The position numbers and the translations under genes were made by a program. Positions 30,968-40,495 of a DNA stretch of 64,000 nt are shown here, in pieces. Under the pieces are notes generated by a model. The model worked only from the letters and a program-made list of their open reading frames with translations. It ran no database searches and was not told the origin of the DNA. The stretch lies in the NCBI GenBank assembly GCA_045577415.1, contig JAZNII010000094.1, positions 1,434 through 65,433 of the forward strand, read 5' to 3'. The stretch's first letter is position 1. The number at the start of each line of letters is the position of its first letter. This DNA comes from Eubacteriales bacterium (GTDB lineage: Bacteria > Bacillota > Clostridia > Oscillospirales > CAG-272).

Positions 30968-31453
30968 ATGAAGGCTTTTAGAATTTTGGCAGTAGTTCTC
31001 GTTTGCGTTATGCTGAGTTGCTCGTTCATCGCCTGTGACGAGGCGGATCTTAGTGCAATCGTATTGCCCGAGAGAGACTTTTATGATATGAAGGTTTCGT
31101 TCCAGGTCGCAAATGATATGGGTGAAATCATTATTGATGCCGAAGATTATAACTATAAGGGACATGAGACTCCCACGATCCTCAATATTATTAGTGACTA
31201 TCTCGCAATTGAGGTTAATATGAAGTGTGTTATACAGGATAACACCTTGGTTCAGATCGGAACTGCAGCATCTTGCAAGGCAAGCATTGATAAAGGTGAC
31301 TATTGGGCGTTTGCCGAGGGCATAGGTCACAACGTTGGTGCTTTGATTGAGGACGATAAGCTTCAGAACAAGACCTTTGTAAACGACCAGAGAATGAGCG
31401 ACTATATCGTCGAAGACGGCGGCGCTTTCACTATTGTTCTCATAAGAGGTTGA
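30968..31453 (+). CDS. Lipoprotein, DUF4430-like (tentative)
   Basis: GGAGG RBS. Signal peptide with lipobox (MKAFRILAVVLVCVMLSCSFIAC). The GDYWAFAEG...YIVEDGGAFTIVL pattern resembles the transcobalamin-like DUF4430 fold. Confidence 0.6.
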   Translation: MKAFRILAVVLVCVMLSCSFIACDEADLSAIVLPERDFYDMKVSFQVANDMGEIIIDAEDYNYKGHETPTILNIISDYLAIEVNMKCVIQDNTLVQIGTAASCKASIDKGDYWAFAEGIGHNVGALIEDDKLQNKTFVNDQRMSDYIVEDGGAFTIVLIRG

Positions 31454-31464
31454 TTAAGACAATT

Positions 31465-31500
31465 AAACCTACTTTCCGTTAAAGGAAGGTAGGTTTTGTT
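31465..31500 (+). terminator. Intrinsic terminator
   Basis: Hairpin AAACCTACTTTCC...GGAAGGTAGGTTT (one mismatch) followed by TGTTT. Confidence 0.7.
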
Positions 31501-31534
31501 TATTAAATATTATTAATATCAAGGAAGTTTATTT

Positions 31535-32116
31535 ATGCTTATTTCAATTACCGGTAAATTAGGAAGCGGAAAATCTACAGTCTGCAACATTTTAAAAGAA
31601 AAATACGGATATCAGATATTTAGTACGGGTACGATAAACCGTGAGTTTGCCAGAAGCCTTGGCATTACTACGCTTGAACTGAATGAAAGGCTTAAGGAGG
31701 ATCCTTCTCTTGATAAGGAAATAGACGGAACCGTCACAAGGCTTTCTGTTGAAAAAAAGGATGAGAAGCTTATATTTGATTCGAGAATGGCTTGGCATTT
31801 TGCTAAGGACACGTTTAAGATATTTCTTACGATCGATCCTATGGAGGCAGCTTGCCGCGTTATGAAAAATCAACGAGGCGCTGAGGAGCATTACGAAAGC
31901 GTTGAAGATGCGTGTCAGGGACTTCTTAAAAGAGGAAATGTTGAAAGAGAGCGCTTTATCCAGATATACGGCGTGGATTATTTTGACCATAATAACTATG
32001 ATCTCATTGTCGATACTACCTCTCGCACTCCCGATGAAATAGTTAGCATAATAATGGAGAATTATGAAAGCTACTGTACTTCTGCCGAGACTTTCGTTTC
32101 TCCGAAGGAAATGTGA
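31535..32116 (+). CDS. Cytidylate-kinase-like P-loop kinase family protein
   Basis: P-loop ITGKLGSGKST; overall NMP-kinase layout; 193 aa. Confidence 0.75.
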   Translation: MLISITGKLGSGKSTVCNILKEKYGYQIFSTGTINREFARSLGITTLELNERLKEDPSLDKEIDGTVTRLSVEKKDEKLIFDSRMAWHFAKDTFKIFLTIDPMEAACRVMKNQRGAEEHYESVEDACQGLLKRGNVERERFIQIYGVDYFDHNNYDLIVDTTSRTPDEIVSIIMENYESYCTSAETFVSPKEM

Positions 32117-32136
32117 TGTTTTGAAAGATTATGAAA

Positions 32137-32169
32137 TAAAAAAATCCGACGTGCAGTCGGATTTTTTTA
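32137..32169. terminator. Bidirectional intrinsic terminator
   Basis: AAAAAAATCCGAC-gtgca-GTCGGATTTTTTT. Confidence 0.8.
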
Positions 32170-32177
32170 TGTAAAAA

Positions 32178-32600
32178 TTATTTAAGATCTGCTTTGACCT
32201 TTTCAACCCAAGCAAGGATAGCGGTCTTTTCTTCTTCGGATACTTTGGAGTCAAAGAGACCGATCTTGATCTTCATTACGTCGTCAATAACATTGGTGCC
32301 TGCCTCACGGAGCAGCTCCTTGGTCTGTTCTACGCACTCGTCGTCACCTGCGGCGAGGATAGCGACGTTCTGCGCTCTTGCCTTGGTAAGCTCTCTTACA
32401 TAAAGTCTGTAATCGTCGGGAAGCTTTCCCTTAACGTTTGTAGCCAGAATTACTATTCTTTCTCTGTCGCAGGGATATGCGGAAGGGATACGGTCAACTG
32501 CGTTTACGCTGAGGTCGTATTCAGTCTTGATCATATTTCCGATAGCTGTAAGCTTTTTCTTGCTCTCAGGGTAACAGAGAACTCTCATTTTGATTGCCAT
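32178..32600 (-). CDS. Hypothetical protein, alpha/beta (flavodoxin-like layout but no FMN phosphate loop)
   Basis: GGAGG RBS 8 nt upstream and a terminator downstream. Alternating beta/alpha pattern. No family motif recognised. Confidence 0.45.
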   Translation of the reverse strand: MAIKMRVLCYPESKKKLTAIGNMIKTEYDLSVNAVDRIPSAYPCDRERIVILATNVKGKLPDDYRLYVRELTKARAQNVAILAAGDDECVEQTKELLREAGTNVIDDVMKIKIGLFDSKVSEEEKTAILAWVEKVKADLK

Positions 32601-32751
32601 AATTGTTTTCCTCCATTAAATAACGGTTATTTTTTGCATTTTAATTCTATCATAAAACATTAGAAAAATCAAATGTTTTACTTAAAAAAACTAACTTTCG
32701 TTCATTTGAACATAAATCAAACGGTAATTTGTATAATAATGACAATAAAAA

Positions 32752-33477
32752 TCACTTAAATTCGATTAAATACCTGTCATAAACCTTATTTCGCATGATT
32801 ATGTAATTACTGCCCGGGTCAAGTCCAAATAAGTTACTGTTTTTCAGCGCGGTAACAAGATATTCGGGATTCAGATTCTCGGTGCTTCCCGCTGAAAGTA
32901 TAGTGTTTACAGTCATAGAGCCGTCCTTCGATGAGAAGGATATTTTTTTAATAAACGCGGTAATGTCTACCTCTTTTTCGCCCGATTTTGATTTTTTTAT
33001 CATCATTATAGGGGACGAGAACAGATCTGCCGCTTTTTTTTCTGTTTCGGCGCTTATTTCCGACGAGTTTAATGTGATAGTGTAATCAGCGTAAGCAATA
33101 TCCGCAAATTTTGTGGTCGGATAATATGCTTCAAGCACGTACATTTCGTCGGTAAGCTGTTCGTTGAGTTGATTTTTGATCGCGTCAAGCTCGATCTTAC
33201 GCTCTATTTTAAGATCTGCCATTTCGCACATACTCTCGGTTCCAACCGAAAGGGGAACGCCGAAAACAAGCTTTGCATGAGGATTGAATCCTTTTGTGTA
33301 CCACATAGGTATGCCCGCTCTTACGAGAACTCGGTGAAATGTTCTTTGAAGGTCAAGGTGGGAGATGAATTGCAGATTTCCGACCTTGCAGAATTTTATC
33401 CTTACGGTTTCGGGCGTTTCAAGCATAGGTAGAGAGAGCTTTTTTGCACCTGGAATTATTTCCTTTTCGGACAACAC
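32752..33477 (-). CDS. TIGR03936-family radical-SAM-associated protein (DUF2344)
   Basis: VRIKFCKVGNLQFISHLDLQRTFHRVLVRAGIPMWYTKGFNPHAKL. GTG start with a GGAGG RBS inside the upstream gene; 22-nt overlap. Confidence 0.9.
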   Translation of the reverse strand: MLSEKEIIPGAKKLSLPMLETPETVRIKFCKVGNLQFISHLDLQRTFHRVLVRAGIPMWYTKGFNPHAKLVFGVPLSVGTESMCEMADLKIERKIELDAIKNQLNEQLTDEMYVLEAYYPTTKFADIAYADYTITLNSSEISAETEKKAADLFSSPIMMIKKSKSGEKEVDITAFIKKISFSSKDGSMTVNTILSAGSTENLNPEYLVTALKNSNLFGLDPGSNYIIMRNKVYDRYLIEFK

Positions 33478-35312
33478 GATCTCTCACCTCCAAGTCTGTT
33501 TGCTCCGCAACCTGAGCATTTTTCGCGGCAGTTGGGAGTGGTCGCTCCCTCGTGAGCCTTTTTGTTTTCTCTAATGAGGAATTCCTTGGTTACACCGCAA
33601 TCGATAATATCCCAAGGCAACACCTCGTCATAGGAATACCGTCTGTTGGCGTAAAATGCGGGATCTACACCCGAATGCTCAAATACACTTATCCACTTAT
33701 CATAATCAAAGAATTCGCTCCAGGCGTCAAATTTAAAGCCCTCGCGGCAAGCCAATTCAAGGGCGGGAGCAAGTCTTCTGTCTCCGCGCGCAAGAATAGC
33801 CTCTATACGACATATCTCTGCCTCATGATGCTGATATTTTATTTTTCTGTCGGTAACGCACTTGCCCACGAATTCCTGCTTTTCCTTGATGACATCAAGT
33901 GTGTCCTGCGGTTCCCATTGGAATGGGGTAAAGGGTTTAGGAATAAAAGGTGAAACGCTGAAGGTCACCTGAGGAGACTTTGCGCGGTTTCTGTTGGGAT
34001 TGGCGTAAAACGCTTCGATAACTTTTTTCGCAAGTACCGGGATGCCTTCAAGATCCTCGTAGGTCTCGGTGGGAAGTCCCTGCATAAAGTAAAGCTTGAC
34101 TTGTGTCTTACCGGTATCAAAAGCTACGTTGACCGCTCTCATAAGATCATCCTCAAGGACATTCTTGTTGATAACGTCACGAAGCCTTTGAGTTCCTGCC
34201 TCGGGAGCAAAGGTAAGAGACGATGAGCGAACCGATGCGACCTTTTCCATTAATTCCTTTGTAAAGCTATCGACACGCAGAGACGGCAGGGAAAAGCTGA
34301 CCATATTCTCCTGTGTCCAATCAAGAAGCTTGTCTGTTAACTCGGGAAGTCCGGTGTAATCGCTGATAGACAGGGAAGCTAAGGAGATCTCCTCGTATCC
34401 CGTGTTTTCAAAGATACATTTTGCCTGTTCGTTCAGTACATCTGGCGACTTTTCTCTAACAGGGCGATAAATAATACCTGCCTGACAAAATCGGCATCCG
34501 CGGATACATCCTCTGAACACCTCAAGCATTATTCTATCGTGAACGACCTCGGTGTAAGGCATTATAGCGTAATCGGGGAAAGGAGCCTTGTCGAGGTCTT
34601 CAATGATGCGCTTTGTGATCTTGGAGGGAATGTCATCGTAAATTGGAGTATAAGCTTTAATGGTTCCGTCATCGTTGTACGTTACATCGTAGAGAGATGG
34701 AACATAGACGCCGGGGATGTTTTTTGCTGCCTCATGCAAAAAGTCTGCCTTGGTGTAAGTCCCCTCGTCCTTCATTTTTATGTAGAGCTTTACGATCTCC
34801 ACAAGCATACTTTCTCCTTCGCCTATATTGAACAGGTCGAAAAAGTCGGCAACAGGCTCGGGGTTATATGCACACGGACCACCGCCGATAACGAGAGGAA
34901 ATTCTTCGCCTCTGTCGCACGCACGGAAAGGAATACCTGAAAGCTCCAGCATATTTAGAACATTGGTATAGGACATCTCGTATTGGAGAGTAAATCCAAG
35001 GAAGTCAAAATCCCGCACCGGATCCTTGCTTTCATGCGCCCAAAGAGGAATGTTATGCTCGGCCATCTTCTCTTGCATGTCGACCCACGGGTCGTACACA
35101 CGCTCGCACCAGATGTCCTCCTCACGGTTAAGACAGTCGTACAGTATACGAACGCCGAGATTGGACATTCCTATCTCATATGTGTCGGGAAAAGCAAAGG
35201 CAAATCGTGCTTTGACGGTTGATTTATCTTTTATGATCTGTCCGTATTCACCGCCCGAATACCGTCCGGGCTTTGATACTTGCTTTAAAATTGAATAAAA
35301 ATTATCTTTCAT
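33456..35312 (-). CDS. TIGR03960-family B12-binding-domain radical SAM protein
   Basis: CxxxCxxC cluster EVFRGCIRGCRFCQAG, an N-terminal B12-like domain, and the C-terminal Cys pair CREKCSGCG. Confidence 0.92.
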   Translation of the reverse strand: MKDNFYSILKQVSKPGRYSGGEYGQIIKDKSTVKARFAFAFPDTYEIGMSNLGVRILYDCLNREEDIWCERVYDPWVDMQEKMAEHNIPLWAHESKDPVRDFDFLGFTLQYEMSYTNVLNMLELSGIPFRACDRGEEFPLVIGGGPCAYNPEPVADFFDLFNIGEGESMLVEIVKLYIKMKDEGTYTKADFLHEAAKNIPGVYVPSLYDVTYNDDGTIKAYTPIYDDIPSKITKRIIEDLDKAPFPDYAIMPYTEVVHDRIMLEVFRGCIRGCRFCQAGIIYRPVREKSPDVLNEQAKCIFENTGYEEISLASLSISDYTGLPELTDKLLDWTQENMVSFSLPSLRVDSFTKELMEKVASVRSSSLTFAPEAGTQRLRDVINKNVLEDDLMRAVNVAFDTGKTQVKLYFMQGLPTETYEDLEGIPVLAKKVIEAFYANPNRNRAKSPQVTFSVSPFIPKPFTPFQWEPQDTLDVIKEKQEFVGKCVTDRKIKYQHHEAEICRIEAILARGDRRLAPALELACREGFKFDAWSEFFDYDKWISVFEHSGVDPAFYANRRYSYDEVLPWDIIDCGVTKEFLIRENKKAHEGATTPNCREKCSGCGANRLGGERSCCPKRK

Positions 35313-35352
35313 TTAAGGGTTGCTCCGTTATTGCAACGGTCATTGCAATAGT

Positions 35353-38229
35353 TTATTTATTTTTGTTTCTGACGATTTGAATGATCTCAACTGCAACGGG
35401 GATCAAGCTTGCGATCATCAACGCGTTAATAACAGACGTAAGGTGCGATCTGATTGTCACCAGCAGATCAAGCTCGAATGAGCCTTGAGCAACGAATACG
35501 GTCAAGGCACAAGCAAGCAATAAGCCAAAGACAATAGTTGCAATATTGATAAGCTTATTGATTTTGATTTGACGTGTCATTTTAGAGCTTGATGAGATAG
35601 CGTCAGCAAGGCTTGTGGGATCTGCGGAGGACACCACACATCCGTCGCACATGTCAAGGCACTCAACAGACTCATAGCGATCAGGCTTGATGACGTTTAT
35701 GCTTGATATTGAGCGTCCTTTGTTCTGCTCATAGTAGAGATCGTTGATCTGCGGCTCATAGGTCTGAACGCGAACCTTGATTCCGGATTTGTGTAGCGAG
35801 TCAGACATTTTTAAGAATTTAGGTTTGATTCGGCTGTTGATGATGAATCCTAATTTAGGGATGCCGTCAAACGCCATGAAAATCACCGATCTGTCAGAAC
35901 CTTTGGTTGCCGTGGAGAGATTAGTGTCGGTCTTGACCTTGATATTATGTGATTGCATATATTGCTTGTCTCCAAGTAATATATTGATGGACGAATCAAA
36001 ATAGATGTCAATACCGTTATCGGTTATCTGGTTAATTACGATGTCGTGCGAGCCGTCGCCGTCAGCTTTGATGTATTTAGCACCAATCATTGCGAGAGGA
36101 CCGCCCAAGGCATTAAATATCTCGTAAGCTATTTTAAGGGATTCGATTGTGTCAGATCTGCCACTTGGGTGTATTTCAGTATACCCGGTTATTTCCAAAG
36201 AGTCACTGTCGCGGAAGATCAAGGTGGTCGCCTTTGACATTTCTTCGGGTGCCAAATTGCCAATATACGCAGTGTTTTTGTCAACCATGCAGCAGGATAG
36301 GACGTAATGTATCAGGGGCGAAGAGAACAAGCAGGATATCGGGATGCTGAAAAGCAGAGTCAGCATAGCCAATGAAAGTCCCAGCATCAAGCTTTTGGTT
36401 ATAAAAAAGACCGATATTCCGACCATGATCGAAACTATAGGCGCTATACCTATAAGGTACATTGGTTTTATAACGAGATTTTCATTTTGCGATGTTTTTC
36501 TGAAATATCCGCTGATAAGCTTCGTTTGACGAATTGTGAATTCATGCTCGGAATCGTTGTTTATTGCTCCTTGCTTTTCTGCGGTATAAAGAGTTTTAGA
36601 GGATGCTATGATATTAAAGACTTTGCGTTCCTTTATACAGTTCAACAAGTCGGATACTAAGGATAACACCGCATATATCGAAACGCAAAAGCCGAAAAGC
36701 ATGAGGTCGTCGGGATTTATTGCTTCCGAACAAATGGTGAATCCCAAAAGTGAAAAAACAGCATACAGAACGTATGTGGCAGCCACAAAAACAAATAGGG
36801 TATTGGGGCTTGTTTCCAATTTCATCAGCTTATTGAATCCGGAAATCAGCTTTTTATAAAGAATTGCTACTATTGCTACAATAAGAGAAAATTCCATCAA
36901 CAGAAAAGCCGGGAAGCTGGTTGCTTTATCGGAAAAGAATTCAAACGAGAATGTCAGGTAAAGTATTAATAAAGAAATTGTTGATACAACTGACAGAAGA
37001 ATTACAAGATTTCTGTTGTTGATCTTATATTTTTCTTGAATTTCGGGTATCTGTTTTCTATTTGTCAGCTCCTTGCCGCAAAAGCCAAATACTTTTCTGG
37101 TAGAGTCGGGAGTGAAGTATTCGTCTGCCTCCAACAATACCTGCTGAGTCTTTTTATCTCCTACCGTTGACCTTATTTCATTGTCGTAACCGAATTTTAA
37201 CAAAAGAGAAATATCGTTAGAATCGAATGCATCCTCGTTGGCTTTCTGTTTGGTCTTTGACGCCTTGTCAGCTGCTTGGCTATTTTGCTGTATATTGTGT
37301 ACGGCGATTAATTCTGCATTAGTACCTAGTGTAGGAAGTGTTTCTTGTAACGGGTCGGATGTATATTCTGAAGGAGACAGAATGATACGAGGGAGGGAAG
37401 AAGCTTCAATCTTATTCTCCGCATCGCTTGATGTTTCAGTGTTTTCCTCGTATATTGTATATTCTTCGTCTTCGACCGCAAAAGCTGCATCAGGTTCATC
37501 ATTTGACGAATCGACAGCAATATTGATTTCGTCAATATCGTCAATATCGTCAATATCGTCAACGTCTTCATAATCGTCCAAAACGACATCTTCATCGGCG
37601 TTGATAGAGTGTATGGATTCATCATCCAAGCCGTTATACGATTCCGTTGCAACGATTTCTTTTTCAACTTCTTTAATGCTTTGGGGTTCTTCGACCTCCA
37701 AAGACGCATCATCTGTTTCGGGTGATGCATCGATAATGCTTTCTATGGCATTGCCGCTTTCCTCGGGCTTGCTTTGAGCAGTCTTCCCTGAAAACATTAT
37801 GCTCAATACATTATCCACCGCTACTTTGTCGTCATTTTCCGGTTGAGAAGAATTTTGTTTGTCAAGCTCGTTTTCATCGGGATTTTCCGATTCTGTTATT
37901 TCAACAGATTCTGTATCGTTAACTGTCAAATCATCCTGTTCCGATGCTTCTGTAATTGCTTCGACATCTTTTTCGGAGCTGCAAGGCGTATCGATAGCGT
38001 CTTCGGATTGTAAGATGTTTTCTGAATCAATTTCAATAGAGTTATCATCTTTATTGGATGCGAACAGCTTGCCCAAGATTTCGTTAAGCTCTGTATCTTC
38101 TTCGCTCTCAGGGGATTCAAGCAAATCATCTTCCAGCATATTATCTAATGAATCTGATCCGTAAGATTTTTTTAGCTGTTCCAATATTACGTCAAGCTCG
38201 TTTTTTCCTTTTTTGCTTTGCTTGGACAC
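35353..38229 (-). CDS. Large membrane protein: acidic disordered N-terminus plus a degenerate P1B-type ATPase-like body (catalytic motifs lost)
   Basis: GGAGG RBS plus GTG. TM bundle. FRDSDSLEITG aligns where xFDKTGTLTxG is expected. FMAFDGIPKLGFIINSRIKPK...GIKVRVQTYEP stands in for the ...D.IKP...GI.V.MLTGD pattern. MCDGCVVSS replaces VGDGINDAP. Confidence 0.6.
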   Translation of the reverse strand: MSKQSKKGKNELDVILEQLKKSYGSDSLDNMLEDDLLESPESEEDTELNEILGKLFASNKDDNSIEIDSENILQSEDAIDTPCSSEKDVEAITEASEQDDLTVNDTESVEITESENPDENELDKQNSSQPENDDKVAVDNVLSIMFSGKTAQSKPEESGNAIESIIDASPETDDASLEVEEPQSIKEVEKEIVATESYNGLDDESIHSINADEDVVLDDYEDVDDIDDIDDIDEINIAVDSSNDEPDAAFAVEDEEYTIYEENTETSSDAENKIEASSLPRIILSPSEYTSDPLQETLPTLGTNAELIAVHNIQQNSQAADKASKTKQKANEDAFDSNDISLLLKFGYDNEIRSTVGDKKTQQVLLEADEYFTPDSTRKVFGFCGKELTNRKQIPEIQEKYKINNRNLVILLSVVSTISLLILYLTFSFEFFSDKATSFPAFLLMEFSLIVAIVAILYKKLISGFNKLMKLETSPNTLFVFVAATYVLYAVFSLLGFTICSEAINPDDLMLFGFCVSIYAVLSLVSDLLNCIKERKVFNIIASSKTLYTAEKQGAINNDSEHEFTIRQTKLISGYFRKTSQNENLVIKPMYLIGIAPIVSIMVGISVFFITKSLMLGLSLAMLTLLFSIPISCLFSSPLIHYVLSCCMVDKNTAYIGNLAPEEMSKATTLIFRDSDSLEITGYTEIHPSGRSDTIESLKIAYEIFNALGGPLAMIGAKYIKADGDGSHDIVINQITDNGIDIYFDSSINILLGDKQYMQSHNIKVKTDTNLSTATKGSDRSVIFMAFDGIPKLGFIINSRIKPKFLKMSDSLHKSGIKVRVQTYEPQINDLYYEQNKGRSISSINVIKPDRYESVECLDMCDGCVVSSADPTSLADAISSSSKMTRQIKINKLINIATIVFGLLLACALTVFVAQGSFELDLLVTIRSHLTSVINALMIASLIPVAVEIIQIVRNKNK
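37531..37566. repeat. 9-bp tandem repeat (GTCAATATC x3 plus GTCAACGTC) encoding DDIDDIDDIDEI
   Basis: Read directly from the sequence. It lies in frame within the acidic N-terminal region of the 958-aa ORF. Confidence 0.9.
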
Positions 38230-38265
38230 AAAAGATTCCTCCTTCTGCTGAAATTTGAATCTGTT

Positions 38266-39147
38266 TTACTTTGTTCTGTTTTGCTTTGCCGCTTCGCAAA
38301 GAATTACGGATGCTGCTGTGGAAACATTAAATGAATTGACCTTGCCGTACATAGGAATAGAGGTGAGAGCATCGCAATTCTCAATGACTATCTGCGAAAC
38401 TCCATTTCCTTCGCTTCCAAACACGAGGGCGCAGGGACCTTTGAAATCTGTTTCGTAATAAGGTTTTCCACCCGCCTCGGCGGCAAACACCCAAACGCCT
38501 TTTTCCTTGAGAGAAAGTATAGTGTTGGATATGTTGGACACCTTTGCAATAGCCATGTGTTCGATAGCTCCCGCGGATGCCTTTGAAACTAAAGGCGTAA
38601 GACCCGTTGAACGTCTCTTGGGAATAATAATTCCATGGGCGCCAGCGCCCTCGGCACATCTGATCAATGCTCCAAGATTGTAGGGGTCGGTTATACCGTC
38701 GGCTATAACAATGAGAGGAGCTTCGCCACGATCTTCGGCAATTTTCAGTATGTCTTCGACGCTGCAATATTCCTTTTCAGATGCCATAGCAATAACTCCC
38801 TGATGGGGAGCAAAGCCGGCCATGGAGTCAAGCTTGGCTTTATCGGTTTCCACAACGGGGATGCCTTTTTCTACTGCCATTGCTACCAAAACGACTATCG
38901 AGCCTTCTCGCTCTCCCTTTTGAACCAGGAGCTTGTCTATTTCGCGGTTGGATTTCAAAAGCTCTCTTACTGCATTTCGACCGATAACAAGACCTGCACC
39001 ATCCTCGGAGTTGGATATAGCCTCGTCTCTTGAGGAATATTTTGTGTATTTCTCGCGGTAATCGTAAGAACGCTTCGAAAACTCTTTGCTTTTGTTATTG
39101 CTGTGATAGCCGTTGTTTTTTTTACTGAATCGGTTGTTTTTTTCCAT
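38266..39147 (-). CDS. rlmB: 23S rRNA (guanosine-2'-O-)-methyltransferase, RlmB-like (SpoU/TrmH family)
   Basis: SpoU_sub_bind region GRNAVRELL..., DGITDPYNLGALIRCAEGAGAHGII, ALVFGSEGNGVS, IPMYGKVNSFNVS. The basic N-terminal extension is typical of Firmicute RlmB. Confidence 0.88.
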   Translation of the reverse strand: MEKNNRFSKKNNGYHSNNKSKEFSKRSYDYREKYTKYSSRDEAISNSEDGAGLVIGRNAVRELLKSNREIDKLLVQKGEREGSIVVLVAMAVEKGIPVVETDKAKLDSMAGFAPHQGVIAMASEKEYCSVEDILKIAEDRGEAPLIVIADGITDPYNLGALIRCAEGAGAHGIIIPKRRSTGLTPLVSKASAGAIEHMAIAKVSNISNTILSLKEKGVWVFAAEAGGKPYYETDFKGPCALVFGSEGNGVSQIVIENCDALTSIPMYGKVNSFNVSTAASVILCEAAKQNRTK

Positions 39148-39248
39148 AATAGTTTGTCCTATGTCTTGTATAAATAATAATTAATTATATTATAACATAT
39201 TTTTGCCTTTTTGTATATAGATTTTTATAATTAATTCTATTTTTACAA

Positions 39249-39288
39249 CAAAAAACATATCCGAATGCGGTTTGCTTGCGGATATGTT
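39249..39288 (-). terminator. Intrinsic terminator of the 94-aa membrane protein gene
   Basis: On the minus strand: AACATATCCG...CGGATATGTT followed by TTTTTTG. Confidence 0.65.
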
Positions 39289-39572
39289 CATCTTGCATCG
39301 GGATCAAAGCTATCGCGATCCTCGTAAGTATCATCAGCAGAGTGTTTAGAACGTCGTTTATTGCTTGCTATTATTATAAAAATAAACAAAACTGCAACTA
39401 CCAATGCTGAAAACGGGGATTTGTCAAGGGCATTGAAAAGCGCGCCTGCTCCAGCGGATGCGATAATGCCTATTATTCCTAACAATTTTCTCTTTTTCAG
39501 AAAGCCAAAGCACAAGGGAACTATTCCGCATAAGACACCGACAAAAAAACCGATAATGATCTTTGTTTCCAT
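39288..39572 (-). CDS. Small membrane protein (three hydrophobic segments, charged C-terminal tail)
   Basis: G-rich RBS, own terminator, clear TM pattern. No family recognised. Confidence 0.5.
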   Translation of the reverse strand: METKIIIGFFVGVLCGIVPLCFGFLKKRKLLGIIGIIASAGAGALFNALDKSPFSALVVAVLFIFIIIASNKRRSKHSADDTYEDRDSFDPDAR

Positions 39573-39704
39573 AGTTTCTACGCCCCCCCTTATAAATGTA
39601 CTTTCTTATTTAATTTTAACACGCTATTAAATAAAAGTCAACATTTTTTGAATAAATAATACGAAGATTTTTGCTAAAAATAATATGAGAAAGGAGTTGA
39701 AACA

Positions 39705-40490
39705 ATGAGAAACAAAATAACACTTTCATCGATATTATTAGTTGTATTATCAATGCTTTTCGCAATTCCAACAAATGCAGCTAACAGCGCTGAATATAAT
39801 TGGTATTGCGTACACAGAAAGGATCATTTGCAACCGTCCGCAGATCCTCAATTTGAGTTTATTGAAAACCTTGACGGTTACTATATTGACAAGCAAAACG
39901 GAGACGATTGTGAGGACAAGGTAATTTATCTCACCTTTGATGCGGGATATGAGAACGGCAATATAGAGAAAACTCTGGATATATTAAAAAGTCAAAACGT
40001 ATCGGGCGCATTTTTTATTTTAGGCAATCTTATTAAGTCTAATCCCGAAATCGTTACCCGTATGTTTGAAGAAGGACATCTGGTTTGTAATCATACCTAT
40101 TCTCACAAGTCTATGATCAACAAGACGGCAGAAGAATTTAAAAACGAGTTAGTTTTGCTTGAAAATGCTTGCCGCGATAAAATTGGATATAATATTGCAA
40201 AGTATTACCGCCCCCCTGAAGGAAAATTTGATGAAGCGTCTTTAAGCTATGCCAGGTCTATGGGATACAAAACGGTATTTTGGAGCTTTGCTTATGCTGA
40301 TTGGGATAACAACAAGCAAATGACTCCCGAAAAAGCTAAAGCGAAAATACTTGATAATATTCATAACGGCGAGGTAATGCTGCTCCATCCCACGTCATCA
40401 ACAAACGCTCAAATACTTGAGGAGGTCATAATAACTCTCAAGTCACAAGGATATCGCTTCGGCACGTTAGACGAGCTTTGCGAACGGTAA
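39705..40490 (+). CDS. pdaA: Delta-lactam-biosynthetic de-N-acetylase (PdaA-like polysaccharide deacetylase)
   Basis: VIYLTFDAGYENGNIEKTLDILK..VSGAFFILG..., EGHLVCNHTYSH, YYRPPEG and LLHP follow the PdaA signature. Signal peptide present. Confidence 0.85.
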   Translation: MRNKITLSSILLVVLSMLFAIPTNAANSAEYNWYCVHRKDHLQPSADPQFEFIENLDGYYIDKQNGDDCEDKVIYLTFDAGYENGNIEKTLDILKSQNVSGAFFILGNLIKSNPEIVTRMFEEGHLVCNHTYSHKSMINKTAEEFKNELVLLENACRDKIGYNIAKYYRPPEGKFDEASLSYARSMGYKTVFWSFAYADWDNNKQMTPEKAKAKILDNIHNGEVMLLHPTSSTNAQILEEVIITLKSQGYRFGTLDELCER

Positions 40491-40495
40491 TAAAT

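Noticed and set aside
30935-31330. 131-aa minus-strand ORF
   Set aside because: It is antisense to the lipoprotein gene, which has a promoter, RBS, lipobox and terminator.
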